A program made the position numbers and the translations under genes. Positions 30,073 through 39,095 of a stretch of 64,000 nt of DNA are shown here, one piece after another. The first letter of the stretch is position 1. Each line of letters opens with the position of its first letter. The DNA comes from Escherichia coli (lineage in GTDB: Bacteria > Pseudomonadota > Gammaproteobacteria > Enterobacterales > Enterobacteriaceae): the NCBI RefSeq assembly GCF_024502345.1, contig NZ_JALDNN010000001.1; one strand, 5' to 3'. A model generated the notes under the pieces. That model saw only the letters and a program-made list of their open reading frames with translations, had not been told where the DNA came from and did not search any database.

Positions 30073-30506
30073 GTGACATCGCTTCATTCTGGAATGTGGA
30101 TGAGATGTTTGCTGACTGGCAGAAAGGGCTGGGTGAACTCACCACGGGGAACGATTTACAGACTGCAATACTGGACAGCCTGTTTACCGACAGGCTGGCG
30201 CGCGCTGACGATGATTATGAGGATAGCGATCGCCGCGGCTGGTGGGGGGATTCCGGGGAGGAATCCCAACTGGGATCCCGGCTGTGGCTGCTACGGCGGA
30301 AAAAACTGACCCCGGATGTAGCAAAAAAAGCGGAGGAATACTCGAGTGAAGCGCTCAACTGGTTAAAGGTTGATGGCGTTGTCAGCGAGGTTATTCCTGT
30401 TGCAAGGATCGTCCTGCCTGACCGGCTCAATCTCATTATCCGCTATCAGGCACCGGGGAAGGACTGGCAGGAATTCAGGTTTTACTGGATATGGGAGCAA
30501 CGTTAA
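30069..30506 (+). CDS. baseplate protein (Mu gp46 / gpW-like)
   Basis: 145 aa; gene order. Confidence 0.65.
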   Translation: MSDIASFWNVDEMFADWQKGLGELTTGNDLQTAILDSLFTDRLARADDDYEDSDRRGWWGDSGEESQLGSRLWLLRRKKLTPDVAKKAEEYSSEALNWLKVDGVVSEVIPVARIVLPDRLNLIIRYQAPGKDWQEFRFYWIWEQR

Positions 30507-30507
30507 T

Positions 30508-31650
30508 ATGCCGTTTAAACGACCGACGCTGAGCGAACTCCGCGACGGAAACCGGAAATTTATGCAGGCGGAGCTTGAGGATGTTGGTGCGCTCCTGCGC
30601 TTCGCGAACCTGAAGGTACTGGCTGACATGGATGCGGGGATGGGGCATCTGCATTACGCCTACCTTGACTATATTGCCCTGCAGACAAACCCGTTTACCT
30701 CTACCGATGAGTATCTCGCCGGGTGGATGGCCCTTAAGCAGGTATTCAGAAAACCAGCTGCAGCGGCGAAGTCGCCTGCGGTACAGGCTAGTGGCAGTGT
30801 TGACTGTATTATCCCTGTTGGCTCGATCATTAACCGCGGGGACGGATACCAGTACCGGACGGATGCAGATCTTAAAATTCAGGCAGATGGATTTGGTATC
30901 GTCGCGGTGACGGCCATACTGCCGGATATTACCAGTGATGTAACGGGTGGAGGCGCGCGCGGTAACGCTGATGCCGGGACCATAATGACCCTGGACGCGA
31001 ATATTGCTGGCGTGGATCCACAGGTAACGTTACTGTCCGCTGCGACCGGCGGAGCCGATATTGAAACGGAAGAGGATTTTCGCAGTCGTGGCTTGCTGGC
31101 ATGGCAGAATCCGCCTCAGGGTGGAAGCGACGCCGATTATAAAAAATGGGCGCTTGAGGTTTCGGGCGTCACCCGCGCGTGGGTAAAGCGGCGTCTGAAC
31201 GGGGCCGGGACCGTTGGCGTGTATATCATGTGTGATCGGAATGACAATGGTGGGTTTCCGGTCGGTACCGACGGAATATCCCAACTTGAGGACTGGGGGG
31301 CTGTTAAAGCCACCGGAGACCAGCTCGCTGTCGCCGACCACATCTATCCGCAGCAGACAGACACTGCCATTGTTTTCGTATGTTCCCCGATCAAGAAAGT
31401 CATCAATATTGAAATCTCTGGGATCAAAAATGCCGACAGCACCACAGTTCAGGGGATAAAAGACGCGCTGACGGCGCTGTTTTTTGATGAAGCTAACCCT
31501 GATGGTTCCGGGAAAGTTTACCTCTCTGATATTAACGGGAGTATCGGCGGTGTTAGCGGCACGACGGGCTATATTCTTAACTCTCCGACGGCCAATATCA
31601 CCTTTGCTGTTGGCGAAATTCCGGTGCTTGGCGGGGTGAATTTTGTATGA
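30508..31650 (+). CDS. baseplate J-like protein (Mu gp47-like)
   Basis: 380 aa; gene order. Confidence 0.7.
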   Translation: MPFKRPTLSELRDGNRKFMQAELEDVGALLRFANLKVLADMDAGMGHLHYAYLDYIALQTNPFTSTDEYLAGWMALKQVFRKPAAAAKSPAVQASGSVDCIIPVGSIINRGDGYQYRTDADLKIQADGFGIVAVTAILPDITSDVTGGGARGNADAGTIMTLDANIAGVDPQVTLLSAATGGADIETEEDFRSRGLLAWQNPPQGGSDADYKKWALEVSGVTRAWVKRRLNGAGTVGVYIMCDRNDNGGFPVGTDGISQLEDWGAVKATGDQLAVADHIYPQQTDTAIVFVCSPIKKVINIEISGIKNADSTTVQGIKDALTALFFDEANPDGSGKVYLSDINGSIGGVSGTTGYILNSPTANITFAVGEIPVLGGVNFV

Positions 31651-32240
31651 GCCTCTTTTCAAAAAATGATTATGCCGGTGCGCTTGGTGCGCTGCTACCG
31701 ACGGGCAGGGCGTGGCCCCGGTCGCAAAGAACGGTACAGGCTGCGGTATTACGGGCACTGGGCAGCGCGTTTCAGCGTTCTGACAACGATGCGCAAAGCC
31801 TGATTACTGGTGCTTTTCCCCCTACAGCGACGGTAATGTTGTCAGAATGGGAAAGCTCTCTGGGGTTACCAGATGATTGTGCGATTGGTGAATCCGGTGG
31901 CGTCAGCGATCGCCAGCGCGCCGTGGTGGCAAAGTTAATCAGCACCGGCGGCCTGAACCGCGATTATTACATCCGGGTGGCTGCAGCTCTTGGTTATACC
32001 ATCACTATCACACAGTTCCGGCCCGCTATGAGTGGCATGTCAGTATGCGGTGATGCGCTTAACGGTGACGAGTGGCCATTTACCTGGCGGATAAATGCGC
32101 CACAAACAACGATCAAGTATTCGCTTGCTGGCGCGTCCTACTGCGGAGATCCGCTCGCATCGTGGGGCAATAAACAACTGGAGTGTTCAATCAACAAAAT
32201 TGCCCCATCCCATCTGAACATCATTTTCAATTATTCATAA
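31647..32240 (+). CDS. tail protein of the YmfQ / Mu gp48 family
   Basis: 197 aa, position before tail fibre; resembles e14 YmfQ by recall. Confidence 0.65.
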   Translation: MSLFSKNDYAGALGALLPTGRAWPRSQRTVQAAVLRALGSAFQRSDNDAQSLITGAFPPTATVMLSEWESSLGLPDDCAIGESGGVSDRQRAVVAKLISTGGLNRDYYIRVAAALGYTITITQFRPAMSGMSVCGDALNGDEWPFTWRINAPQTTIKYSLAGASYCGDPLASWGNKQLECSINKIAPSHLNIIFNYS

Positions 32241-32291
32241 CTGATATTTCCCCCTCTGATTTTATCGCTTAACACTAAGTGAGGATTAACT

Positions 32292-32924
32292 ATGCTCCGA
32301 ATCGGGCAAGTCGAAGCCACTGCAACGCAGGATGGCAAATATACTGATGGAAGTGTTGCTGGTGGTATTGCCGCAACGAGGCTGCGGGCAGCAGCGTTTA
32401 ATGCCATGCAGGAAGAGTTAGCGCATATCGTAGAGTCAGCAGGATTGGCGCTCGACATTAACGATATGACTCAGGTTTTAAAAGCCATTCAAAAACTCAC
32501 ACTGAGCCGTGCAAACCCATTTGCCGATATCAAATCAGATGGTGCAGCGGCGATTTCTACGGCTCTCACAAACCTTGGATTGGGCGAAGCGGCGAAATGT
32601 AACGTTGGAACTAGTGCTAACCAGATCCCCGATATGTCGTTTTTCACATATTCAAACGGTGTTTATAGATTCCCCAATGGGCTGATTCTGCAAATATTTA
32701 ACAGGGTAACATCAACTACAGATACAACTACAGCATTTACTTTCCCTACGGTTTTTCCTGATTCATGCCACGGCATTTTTTCGACATATAACTCGGGGAC
32801 AGCAGGTAACTACTACACGTTCAATAATGTGACTCCTGCGGGTGCAAATATGCAGGCGTTTCTCGGGTCGCCCACACCTACCAAGGGCGGCAGTACTGCA
32901 ACAATAGTTGCGTTCGGGAGGTAA
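32292..32924 (+). CDS. side tail fibre protein (e14 StfP-like)
   Basis: 210 aa, Gly/Thr/Ser-rich C-terminus, followed by tail fibre assembly gene. Confidence 0.7.
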   Translation: MLRIGQVEATATQDGKYTDGSVAGGIAATRLRAAAFNAMQEELAHIVESAGLALDINDMTQVLKAIQKLTLSRANPFADIKSDGAAAISTALTNLGLGEAAKCNVGTSANQIPDMSFFTYSNGVYRFPNGLILQIFNRVTSTTDTTTAFTFPTVFPDSCHGIFSTYNSGTAGNYYTFNNVTPAGANMQAFLGSPTPTKGGSTATIVAFGR

Positions 32925-32926
32925 TA

Positions 32927-33352
32927 ATGCAATACGCCTATAGCCAGTCGCAGAATCTGTTTTATGTGCGTGAGTGGGAGCGTGACTACGGGGATTCATG
33001 GCCTCAAGATTGCCTTGATGTATCCGACGAGCAATTCAGAGAGTTCAGTGTTGAGCAAGCACCTGGAAAGGTTCGCTCACCAGGTATTGATGGTCTTCCA
33101 TGCTGGATTGACGTGCCACCGCCAACGCAAGACGAATTAATCGCTATAGCTGCTGCAGAAAAACAGCGACTGATTGCTGCTGCTAACGAATTTATGAATG
33201 GGAAGCAATGGCCCGGTAAGGCGGCAATTGGTCGGCTGAAAGGCGATGAGTTGTCGCAGTACAACTTGTGGCTGGATTATCTCGACGCCCTAGAAGCGGT
33301 CGACACCTCCAGCGCACCAGATATCAACTGGCCTATTCAGCCGGAAGTGTAG
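32927..33352 (+). CDS. tail fibre assembly protein (TfaP-like)
   Basis: 141 aa; strong SD gggagg; position. Confidence 0.7.
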   Translation: MQYAYSQSQNLFYVREWERDYGDSWPQDCLDVSDEQFREFSVEQAPGKVRSPGIDGLPCWIDVPPPTQDELIAIAAAEKQRLIAAANEFMNGKQWPGKAAIGRLKGDELSQYNLWLDYLDALEAVDTSSAPDINWPIQPEV

Positions 33353-33492
33353 GCCATTCCGGGTCTGCTGTATCAACGTGCATCAGCAGCACCCGGTATT
33401 TCTTTCACTCGCTTAGAGCGGTGGTTTCTTCCTCCGTCGCAATACCTGCATCAACAGCATCCTGACGCCGGTCAATCTCTGAGTCTGCCTGC

Positions 33493-33518
33493 GCTCGTAA
33501 ACCAACCTTTTTTATAAC
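33493..33518. promoter_or_regulatory. Candidate invertase crossover site (gix/hix-like)
   Basis: gctcgtaaacc-aa-ccttttttataa resembles the 26-bp gix (ttcctgtaaacc-ga-ggttttggataa) and hix sites; ~60 bp upstream of pin, as in Mu gixR/gin. Confidence 0.4.
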
Positions 33519-33576
33519 CATCAAAAATCTGGTGATGCTTCGCCGTTTCTCCTGTTTTCATAACAGGAGAAATCCC

Positions 33577-34131
33577 ATGATTTACGGTTATGCCCGAGTA
33601 TCAACAAACCACCAGGACACTGAATTGCAACTAACGGCGCTCAAGTCAGCGGGTTGTGAGAAAATTTTTGAAGAGCATGCCAGCGGGAGGAAATCGAATC
33701 GGCCGGTTCTAAAACGGCTCATCGCCACTATGCAGCCGGGGGATGAACTGGTGGTATGGAAACTAGATCGCCTCGGGCGAAGCATGCGAAATTTAGTGCT
33801 GCTGGTCGACGAACTCCGACAGCGGGGCATTCACTTTAAGAGCCTCACGGACAGCATTGATACATCAAGTCCAATGGGGCGTTTTATATTTCACATCATG
33901 TCAGCGCTGGCGGAAATGGAAAGAGAGTTAATCGTCGAACGCACCCGGGCTGGATTAGCGGCTGCGCGGGAAAAAGGGAGAATAGGTGGCAGACGTCCAA
34001 AATTAACTCCCGAGCAATGGGCACAGGCTGGGAGATTAATATTAAACGGCGTGGATAGAAAACAAGTGGCAATAATTTATGATGTCGCTGTATGCACGCT
34101 TTATAAAAAATTTCCGGTGGGGCAGGCTTAA
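33577..34131 (+). CDS. pin: serine-recombinase DNA invertase (Pin/Gin/Hin family)
   Basis: 184 aa MIYGYARVSTNHQD... with catalytic Ser near N-terminus and C-terminal HTH. Confidence 0.9.
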   Translation: MIYGYARVSTNHQDTELQLTALKSAGCEKIFEEHASGRKSNRPVLKRLIATMQPGDELVVWKLDRLGRSMRNLVLLVDELRQRGIHFKSLTDSIDTSSPMGRFIFHIMSALAEMERELIVERTRAGLAAAREKGRIGGRRPKLTPEQWAQAGRLILNGVDRKQVAIIYDVAVCTLYKKFPVGQA

Positions 34132-34132
34132 A

Positions 34133-34167
34133 TGATAAAAGGGCAGCTGCTAGATAGGCTGCCCGTC
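34133..34167 (-). terminator. hairpin downstream of the dinI-like gene
   Basis: gggcagc-tgctagatagg-ctgccc with A-run on the plus strand (T-run on minus). Confidence 0.5.
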
Positions 34168-34173
34168 AAAGTA

Positions 34174-34437
34174 TTATCCATTTTGCCGGACAGTTGGAAA
34201 TTCAGACGTCAGCCACATGTCAGATTCATCAAACATTTCCTCCAGCATACGGTTCAGCTTTTCCCGATCACTTTTGCTGGCATCACTATTTAAGCCGTTC
34301 GCCTGCATCGGCTTTACCTTCACTTCGGCATCAGGAAAAATCTGGTGCACCCGCTTCGTTAGTTCAGCCAGGATGATCTCTCTGGCCCCTTGGAGTCCTT
34401 CAACATTTCGCTTGTCATAAACCAGTTCAACAAACAT
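34174..34437 (-). CDS. DinI-family protein
   Basis: 87 aa MFVELVYDK...AELTKRVHQIFPDAEVKVKP...ESDMWLTSE; SD gagagga; LexA box upstream. Confidence 0.8.
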   Translation of the reverse strand: MFVELVYDKRNVEGLQGAREIILAELTKRVHQIFPDAEVKVKPMQANGLNSDASKSDREKLNRMLEEMFDESDMWLTSEFPTVRQNG

Positions 34438-34493
34438 ACCGATCCTCTCATAAGTGAAAATTGCCTGTGCTTGATCTGTTTTTATAAAAATAC

Positions 34494-34513
34494 TACTGTA
34501 TATGCATACAGTC
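34494..34513. promoter_or_regulatory. LexA (SOS) box between divergent genes
   Basis: tactgtatatgcatacagtc fits CTGT-N8-ACAG; 57 bp upstream of dinI-like start and 24 bp upstream of the 34537 ORF. Confidence 0.8.
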
Positions 34514-34536
34514 AATAAGCGAGTGAGGGTGCGTTC

Positions 34537-34776
34537 ATGCCTCGTCAACCGGATATTCGTGCTGCTTTTATTGCGGCCATACAGCAAAACCCGAAGGGCT
34601 ATCTCTGCCTGCATACAGACAGATTCATCGCTGAACTGCAGGAGAGGCGCTGGCACTTCAGCCAGGCGGATGCAAATTCATGGATCGAACGATACCAGCC
34701 AGACTTCGCCGATAAGACGACAAACGGAAGTGAGAACCGATACTGGATCCTGCGTAACATGGGGAGGGTTTTCTAA
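34537..34776 (+). CDS. hypothetical protein, first gene of SOS-box-associated pair
   Basis: 79 aa; SD gagggtg; stop overlaps next start (TAATG). Confidence 0.65.
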   Translation: MPRQPDIRAAFIAAIQQNPKGYLCLHTDRFIAELQERRWHFSQADANSWIERYQPDFADKTTNGSENRYWILRNMGRVF

Positions 34777-35096
34777 TGGGGTTTCCATCGCCAGCCATGG
34801 ATTACCAGGAGCAGCGCATGACAATAGATGTTATCTGTGGTGTAGATAACAACTGCCGGGTTATTGAAACTTCATGCGGCTGGGCCGTTATAAACGTCAG
34901 TCTTAAGCCAGAAGGAGGGGATACGTTGCTGGTTAGCATGGACGGGAGAAACCAGTTCGTGAAGCTAATGGGCCACGCGCTGATCACTCAAGATGGTGAA
35001 GCGATAGAAGGGGAAGCTTTGAATGACGTAACGGTACACGGCGTTCTAACACATACACTTAACCAAGTTAAGGACGATAAATCGCCTGTAATGTAG
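34776..35096 (+). CDS. hypothetical protein, second gene of pair
   Basis: 106 aa; translationally coupled; followed by bidirectional terminator. Confidence 0.6.
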   Translation: MGFPSPAMDYQEQRMTIDVICGVDNNCRVIETSCGWAVINVSLKPEGGDTLLVSMDGRNQFVKLMGHALITQDGEAIEGEALNDVTVHGVLTHTLNQVKDDKSPVM

Positions 35097-35164
35097 CGTG
35101 TAAATGTCGGGGGTTATTCCCCCATTTTTCCCCAATGATTCCCCGTACAAATTTCAAACATAAA

Positions 35165-35190
35165 AAAACCAGCCGTAAGAGGCTGGTTTT
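35165..35190. terminator. bidirectional rho-independent terminator (proL and the 34776 gene)
   Basis: aaaaaaa-ccagcc-gtaaga-ggctgg-tttt. Confidence 0.8.
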
Positions 35191-35201
35191 CAATGTGTTT
35201 T

Positions 35202-35278
35202 TGGTCGGCACGAGAGGATTTGAACCTCCGACCCCCGACACCCCATGACGGTGCGCTACCAGGCTGCGCTACGTGCCG
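35202..35278 (-). tRNA. proL: tRNA-Pro
   Basis: 77 nt; reverse complement reads CGGCACGTAGCGCAGCCTGGTAGCGCACCGTCATGGGGTGTCGGGGGTCGGAGGTTCAAATCCTCTCGTGCCGACCA. Confidence 0.95.
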
Positions 35279-35352
35279 ACTCGTGGCTGCTAATACTACC
35301 GTTTTCCACACCGATTGCAAGTAAGATATTTCGCTAACTGATTTATAATTAA

Positions 35353-37113
35353 TCAGTTAGCGATAAAACGCTTCTCGTCTGTCAGTACTTGCAATAACAA
35401 ACTTAACTGTGGTTTTTCATCTTTCACTCTTTCACCACGTAAGTTGTAAGTGCGGTATTTACCGTTATTGTTCAGCACCAGCGTCTTTTTCGGAGTGGTA
35501 ATTGCCAGCGTATCGTTATCCGCTGCGGTAACCCAGTAATGACGGCGTTGAGGGTTGAACAAATCCTGACCTTGCGAATATTCGCTGGCAGGTGTGCTGA
35601 CATGTAGCAGGCGTTGCATCAGCGTCGTCATCAGATCGGTATGATCAGTCAGAGCATTAATACGCTGCGCCGGCGTGCCTGGCCAGTGAATCACTAATGG
35701 CACCTGCAGATGACCGTGGGACCAGTCAAAGGTTTCTTCCTCTTCGCTCAGTGGAATACCCCGAGCGGCAGTGATAATCACCACCGTATTGTCCAGTTTG
35801 CCAGAATCACGCAGTGCATTGAGCACACGGTTGATCTGGTCATCGACATTGCCTGCCGCCCGGCTATATTTCCGTGCAAATGCCTGCTGATTGCTGTCGT
35901 CAATGTTAGTACCATTGAAAGAGACCCACGAGAACCAGCGGTTATCTTCTTGTGCGTAGCGTCCCAGCCAGTTGATCCACTGCGTGGCGGTCTGCTCGTC
36001 GGATTGGGTGCGTACGCTCGGCATCGAGAAATCTGACAACAATGCCTGGCGATACAGCGGGCTGGTAAAGCCATCTGATGAGAATAACCCCAGCTGATAG
36101 CCTTGCTGATTAAGCGCAGTAATTAATGCCGCAGGCGTACGGGTCGACAGAATGCCGTCCATATAGCTCGGCGAGATGCCATAGAACAGGCCAAAGATGC
36201 CGTTGTCTGTAGTGTTGCCGGAGCTCATATGGCGCGTGAACGAAATATTTTGCTCAGCAAAACCTGCCAGCGCAGGCATCTGCTTCTCGAAGCGTGAGTA
36301 GTTCAGGCCATCGACAGTAATCAACAGCACATTCTGCCCGGTGCCCATATCGCGATAGCGCAGTTCGCTTAACGGATACTGAACGGAAACGGCGTCTGGA
36401 TTACCTTGCTCAATAAGACGGCGTTGATACTCCTGCGCATCAAGCAGGCCATGCTTCTCAAGAAAACGTCGCGCCGTCATCGGGTACGAAAGCGGCAGGT
36501 TAGCGCGCTGCATGGTGATAGGGCGATAGAAGTTGGCATCGGCCCAGATATACACCACATGCGAGGCGATAAAGGCGATAAATAAGAATGCGGCCAGCGG
36601 GCGCGCGAAGCGTCGACGACGCGTCAGGCTGCGCAGCTTTTGCCAGCTCCACGTCGCAAACACCAGTTCAAGCAATAAAATAACCGGCACGCTGATGAAC
36701 ATCAGCTGCCAGTCGCGCGCCATCTCATTTTCGTCTGGGTTGATAACCAGTTGCCAGACGATGGGATTAAGATGGAGATGGAAACGAGTAAAGACTTCGC
36801 TATCGATCAGTAATAGCGTCATTCCCGCCGTTGCCAGAATGACGGACAAAAACCTCATCAGCCTCTGGGAGCCGACGATAAAGGTCAGCGGGAAGAGGAT
36901 CAGCAAGTAGGTGGCGAACACCAGGAAGCTGAAATGGCCGATAATGCTTACGTAGGAATAAATGCGACCAGCAAGCGTGGTCGGCCAGTCGGCGATAAAC
37001 AGGTAACGGCTGCCAATGACGAGCGAAAGCAGAATATTGAACAGTGCAAACCAGTGCCCCCAACTGACCATCTGGGAGACTTTTTCACGGTAGCGCTGAC
37101 GATGAGTTACCAT
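35353..37113 (-). CDS. yejM: inner-membrane cardiolipin transport / LPS regulator protein YejM (PbgA)
   Basis: 586 aa, N-terminal TM helices plus sulfatase-like periplasmic domain; recognised. Confidence 0.95.
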   Translation of the reverse strand: MVTHRQRYREKVSQMVSWGHWFALFNILLSLVIGSRYLFIADWPTTLAGRIYSYVSIIGHFSFLVFATYLLILFPLTFIVGSQRLMRFLSVILATAGMTLLLIDSEVFTRFHLHLNPIVWQLVINPDENEMARDWQLMFISVPVILLLELVFATWSWQKLRSLTRRRRFARPLAAFLFIAFIASHVVYIWADANFYRPITMQRANLPLSYPMTARRFLEKHGLLDAQEYQRRLIEQGNPDAVSVQYPLSELRYRDMGTGQNVLLITVDGLNYSRFEKQMPALAGFAEQNISFTRHMSSGNTTDNGIFGLFYGISPSYMDGILSTRTPAALITALNQQGYQLGLFSSDGFTSPLYRQALLSDFSMPSVRTQSDEQTATQWINWLGRYAQEDNRWFSWVSFNGTNIDDSNQQAFARKYSRAAGNVDDQINRVLNALRDSGKLDNTVVIITAARGIPLSEEEETFDWSHGHLQVPLVIHWPGTPAQRINALTDHTDLMTTLMQRLLHVSTPASEYSQGQDLFNPQRRHYWVTAADNDTLAITTPKKTLVLNNNGKYRTYNLRGERVKDEKPQLSLLLQVLTDEKRFIAN

Positions 37114-37132
37114 AACCTGTTATCTGTTTCCC

Positions 37133-37360
37133 TTAGTGCGCTTTGTCTTCGTTGATAGAGGACTGTAATGCGCGGGCAAAAGAGTTGGCAATTGCCTGGC
37201 GTTGGGCCGGGGCAATGCTGGTGTTGATAAGGTTAGTGACCATGTTGCCTAACACCATCAGGGAAAGGTCGGTCGGAGCCTTATGTTTTTCCAGTACGTT
37301 GAGCAGCTCTGCGAGCAATTGTTCAACCTGTTCATCACTGTAGCGGGAAATTTGTGGCAT
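37133..37360 (-). CDS. yejL: UPF0352 protein YejL
   Basis: 75 aa [27 protein letters not shown]... Confidence 0.9.
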
Positions 37361-37541
37361 AAATCGAAATCAGTTAGTTGATGAAAGGGCAACATATTAC
37401 CGTAGCAACGGTTTTTTTTCTGCTTTTTTATGCGTTAAATCATTCTCGTTACGCTGCCTTCTGTAAAATGACCGCCATCTTTTATTGCGTCGCTTAACCG
37501 GCGGTGGTTGAATACCGCCCGGTCTTAAAGGAGAGTTTATC

Positions 37542-38549
37542 ATGAGTCTGGATATCAACCAGATTGCTCTGCACCAGCTTATCAAGCGTAATGAGCAGAA
37601 CCTTGAGCTGGTGTTGCGCGATTCATTGCTGGAACCGACAGAAACCGTCGTTGAGATGGTGGCAGAACTGCATCGGGTCTATAGCACCAAAAATAAAGCT
37701 TACGGCTTGTTTAGCGAAGAGAGTGAACTGGCGCAGACGCTGCGCTTACAGCGTCAGGGCGAAGAGGACTTTCTGGCATTTAGCCGCGCGGCAACCGGTC
37801 GCCTGCGTGACGAATTAGCGAAATATCCTTTTGCTGACGGTGGATTCGTGCTGTTTTGTCACTACCGTTATCTGGCGGTGGAGTATTTGCTGGTGGCAGT
37901 TCTGAGCAACCTGAGCAGTATGCGCGTTAACGAAAATCTCGACATCAACCCAACCCATTATCTTGATATCAATCATGCGGATATTGTTGCGCGTATCGAT
38001 TTAACCGAATGGGAAACCAATCCAGAGTCCACCCGCTATCTCACTTTCCTGAAAGGGCGAGTAGGGCGCAAAGTGGCGGATTTCTTTATGGATTTCCTCG
38101 GGGCCAGCGAAGGTTTAAACGCGAAAGCGCAAAACCGTGGGCTGTTGCAAGCGGTTGATGATTTCACTGCCGAAGCACAACTGGATAAAGCAGAGCGACA
38201 GAACGTGCGCCAGCAGGTTTATAGCTACTGTAATGGGCAGCTGCAGGCAGGCGAAGAGATCGAACTGGAGTCGCTGTCGAAAGAGCTGGCAGGCGTCAGC
38301 GAAGTGAGCTTCACGGAGTTTGCGGCTGAAAAAGGCTACGAACTGGAAGAGAGCTTCCCGACAGACCGTAGCACACTGCGTCAGTTGACGAAGTTTGCCG
38401 GTAGCGGCGGTGGCTTGACTATTAACTTTGATGCGATGCTGTTAGGTGAACGCATCTTCTGGGATCCAGCAACCGATACCTTGACCATTAAAGGCACGCC
38501 GCCGAATTTGCGCGACCAATTGCAGCGCCGGACGTCTGGCGGCAATTAA
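37542..38549 (+). CDS. yejK: nucleoid-associated protein YejK (NdpA)
   Basis: 335 aa [19 protein letters not shown]... Confidence 0.95.
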   Translation: MSLDINQIALHQLIKRNEQNLELVLRDSLLEPTETVVEMVAELHRVYSTKNKAYGLFSEESELAQTLRLQRQGEEDFLAFSRAATGRLRDELAKYPFADGGFVLFCHYRYLAVEYLLVAVLSNLSSMRVNENLDINPTHYLDINHADIVARIDLTEWETNPESTRYLTFLKGRVGRKVADFFMDFLGASEGLNAKAQNRGLLQAVDDFTAEAQLDKAERQNVRQQVYSYCNGQLQAGEEIELESLSKELAGVSEVSFTEFAAEKGYELEESFPTDRSTLRQLTKFAGSGGGLTINFDAMLLGERIFWDPATDTLTIKGTPPNLRDQLQRRTSGGN

Positions 38550-38568
38550 TCGGTTTTGTGTTCTGAAT

Positions 38569-38599
38569 GCCAGATGCGGCGTGAACGCCTTATCTGGCC
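38569..38599. repeat. REP element
   Basis: gccagatgcggcgtgaacgccttatctggcc. Confidence 0.6.
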
Positions 38600-38642
38600 T
38601 GCAAAAAATAGCAATACCGTAATCAGCATAATCTGCAGATAC

Positions 38643-38670
38643 AAAAAACCCCGCCGGAGCGGGGTTTTTT
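38643..38670. terminator. bidirectional rho-independent terminator between yejK and rplY
   Basis: aaaaaa-ccccgccggagcgggg-tttttt. Confidence 0.85.
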
Positions 38671-38686
38671 ACAACTTATTCAGCAA

Positions 38687-39079
<393 letters not shown>

Positions 39080-39095
39080 TCAATCAAAACTACCA

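Larger units (their letters stand above)
6218..35165. mobile_element. Defective prophage remnant (late region only: lysis, cargo, lambda-like head, Mu-like tail, e14-like tail fibre and pin)
   Basis: Contiguous block of phage lysis/packaging/head/tail genes between napB 3' end and tRNA-Pro; no integrase, repressor or replication genes. Confidence 0.9.

Noticed and set aside
32566-32590. Possible partner crossover site acaaacc-tt-ggattggg inside the tail fibre gene
   Set aside because: Half-sites do not match the pin-proximal candidate well enough; the similarity may be chance.
6200-35200. Searched for IS elements, terminal inverted repeats or a tyrosine integrase at either prophage edge
   Set aside because: None found; the only recombinase is the Pin serine invertase, which does not integrate or excise prophages.
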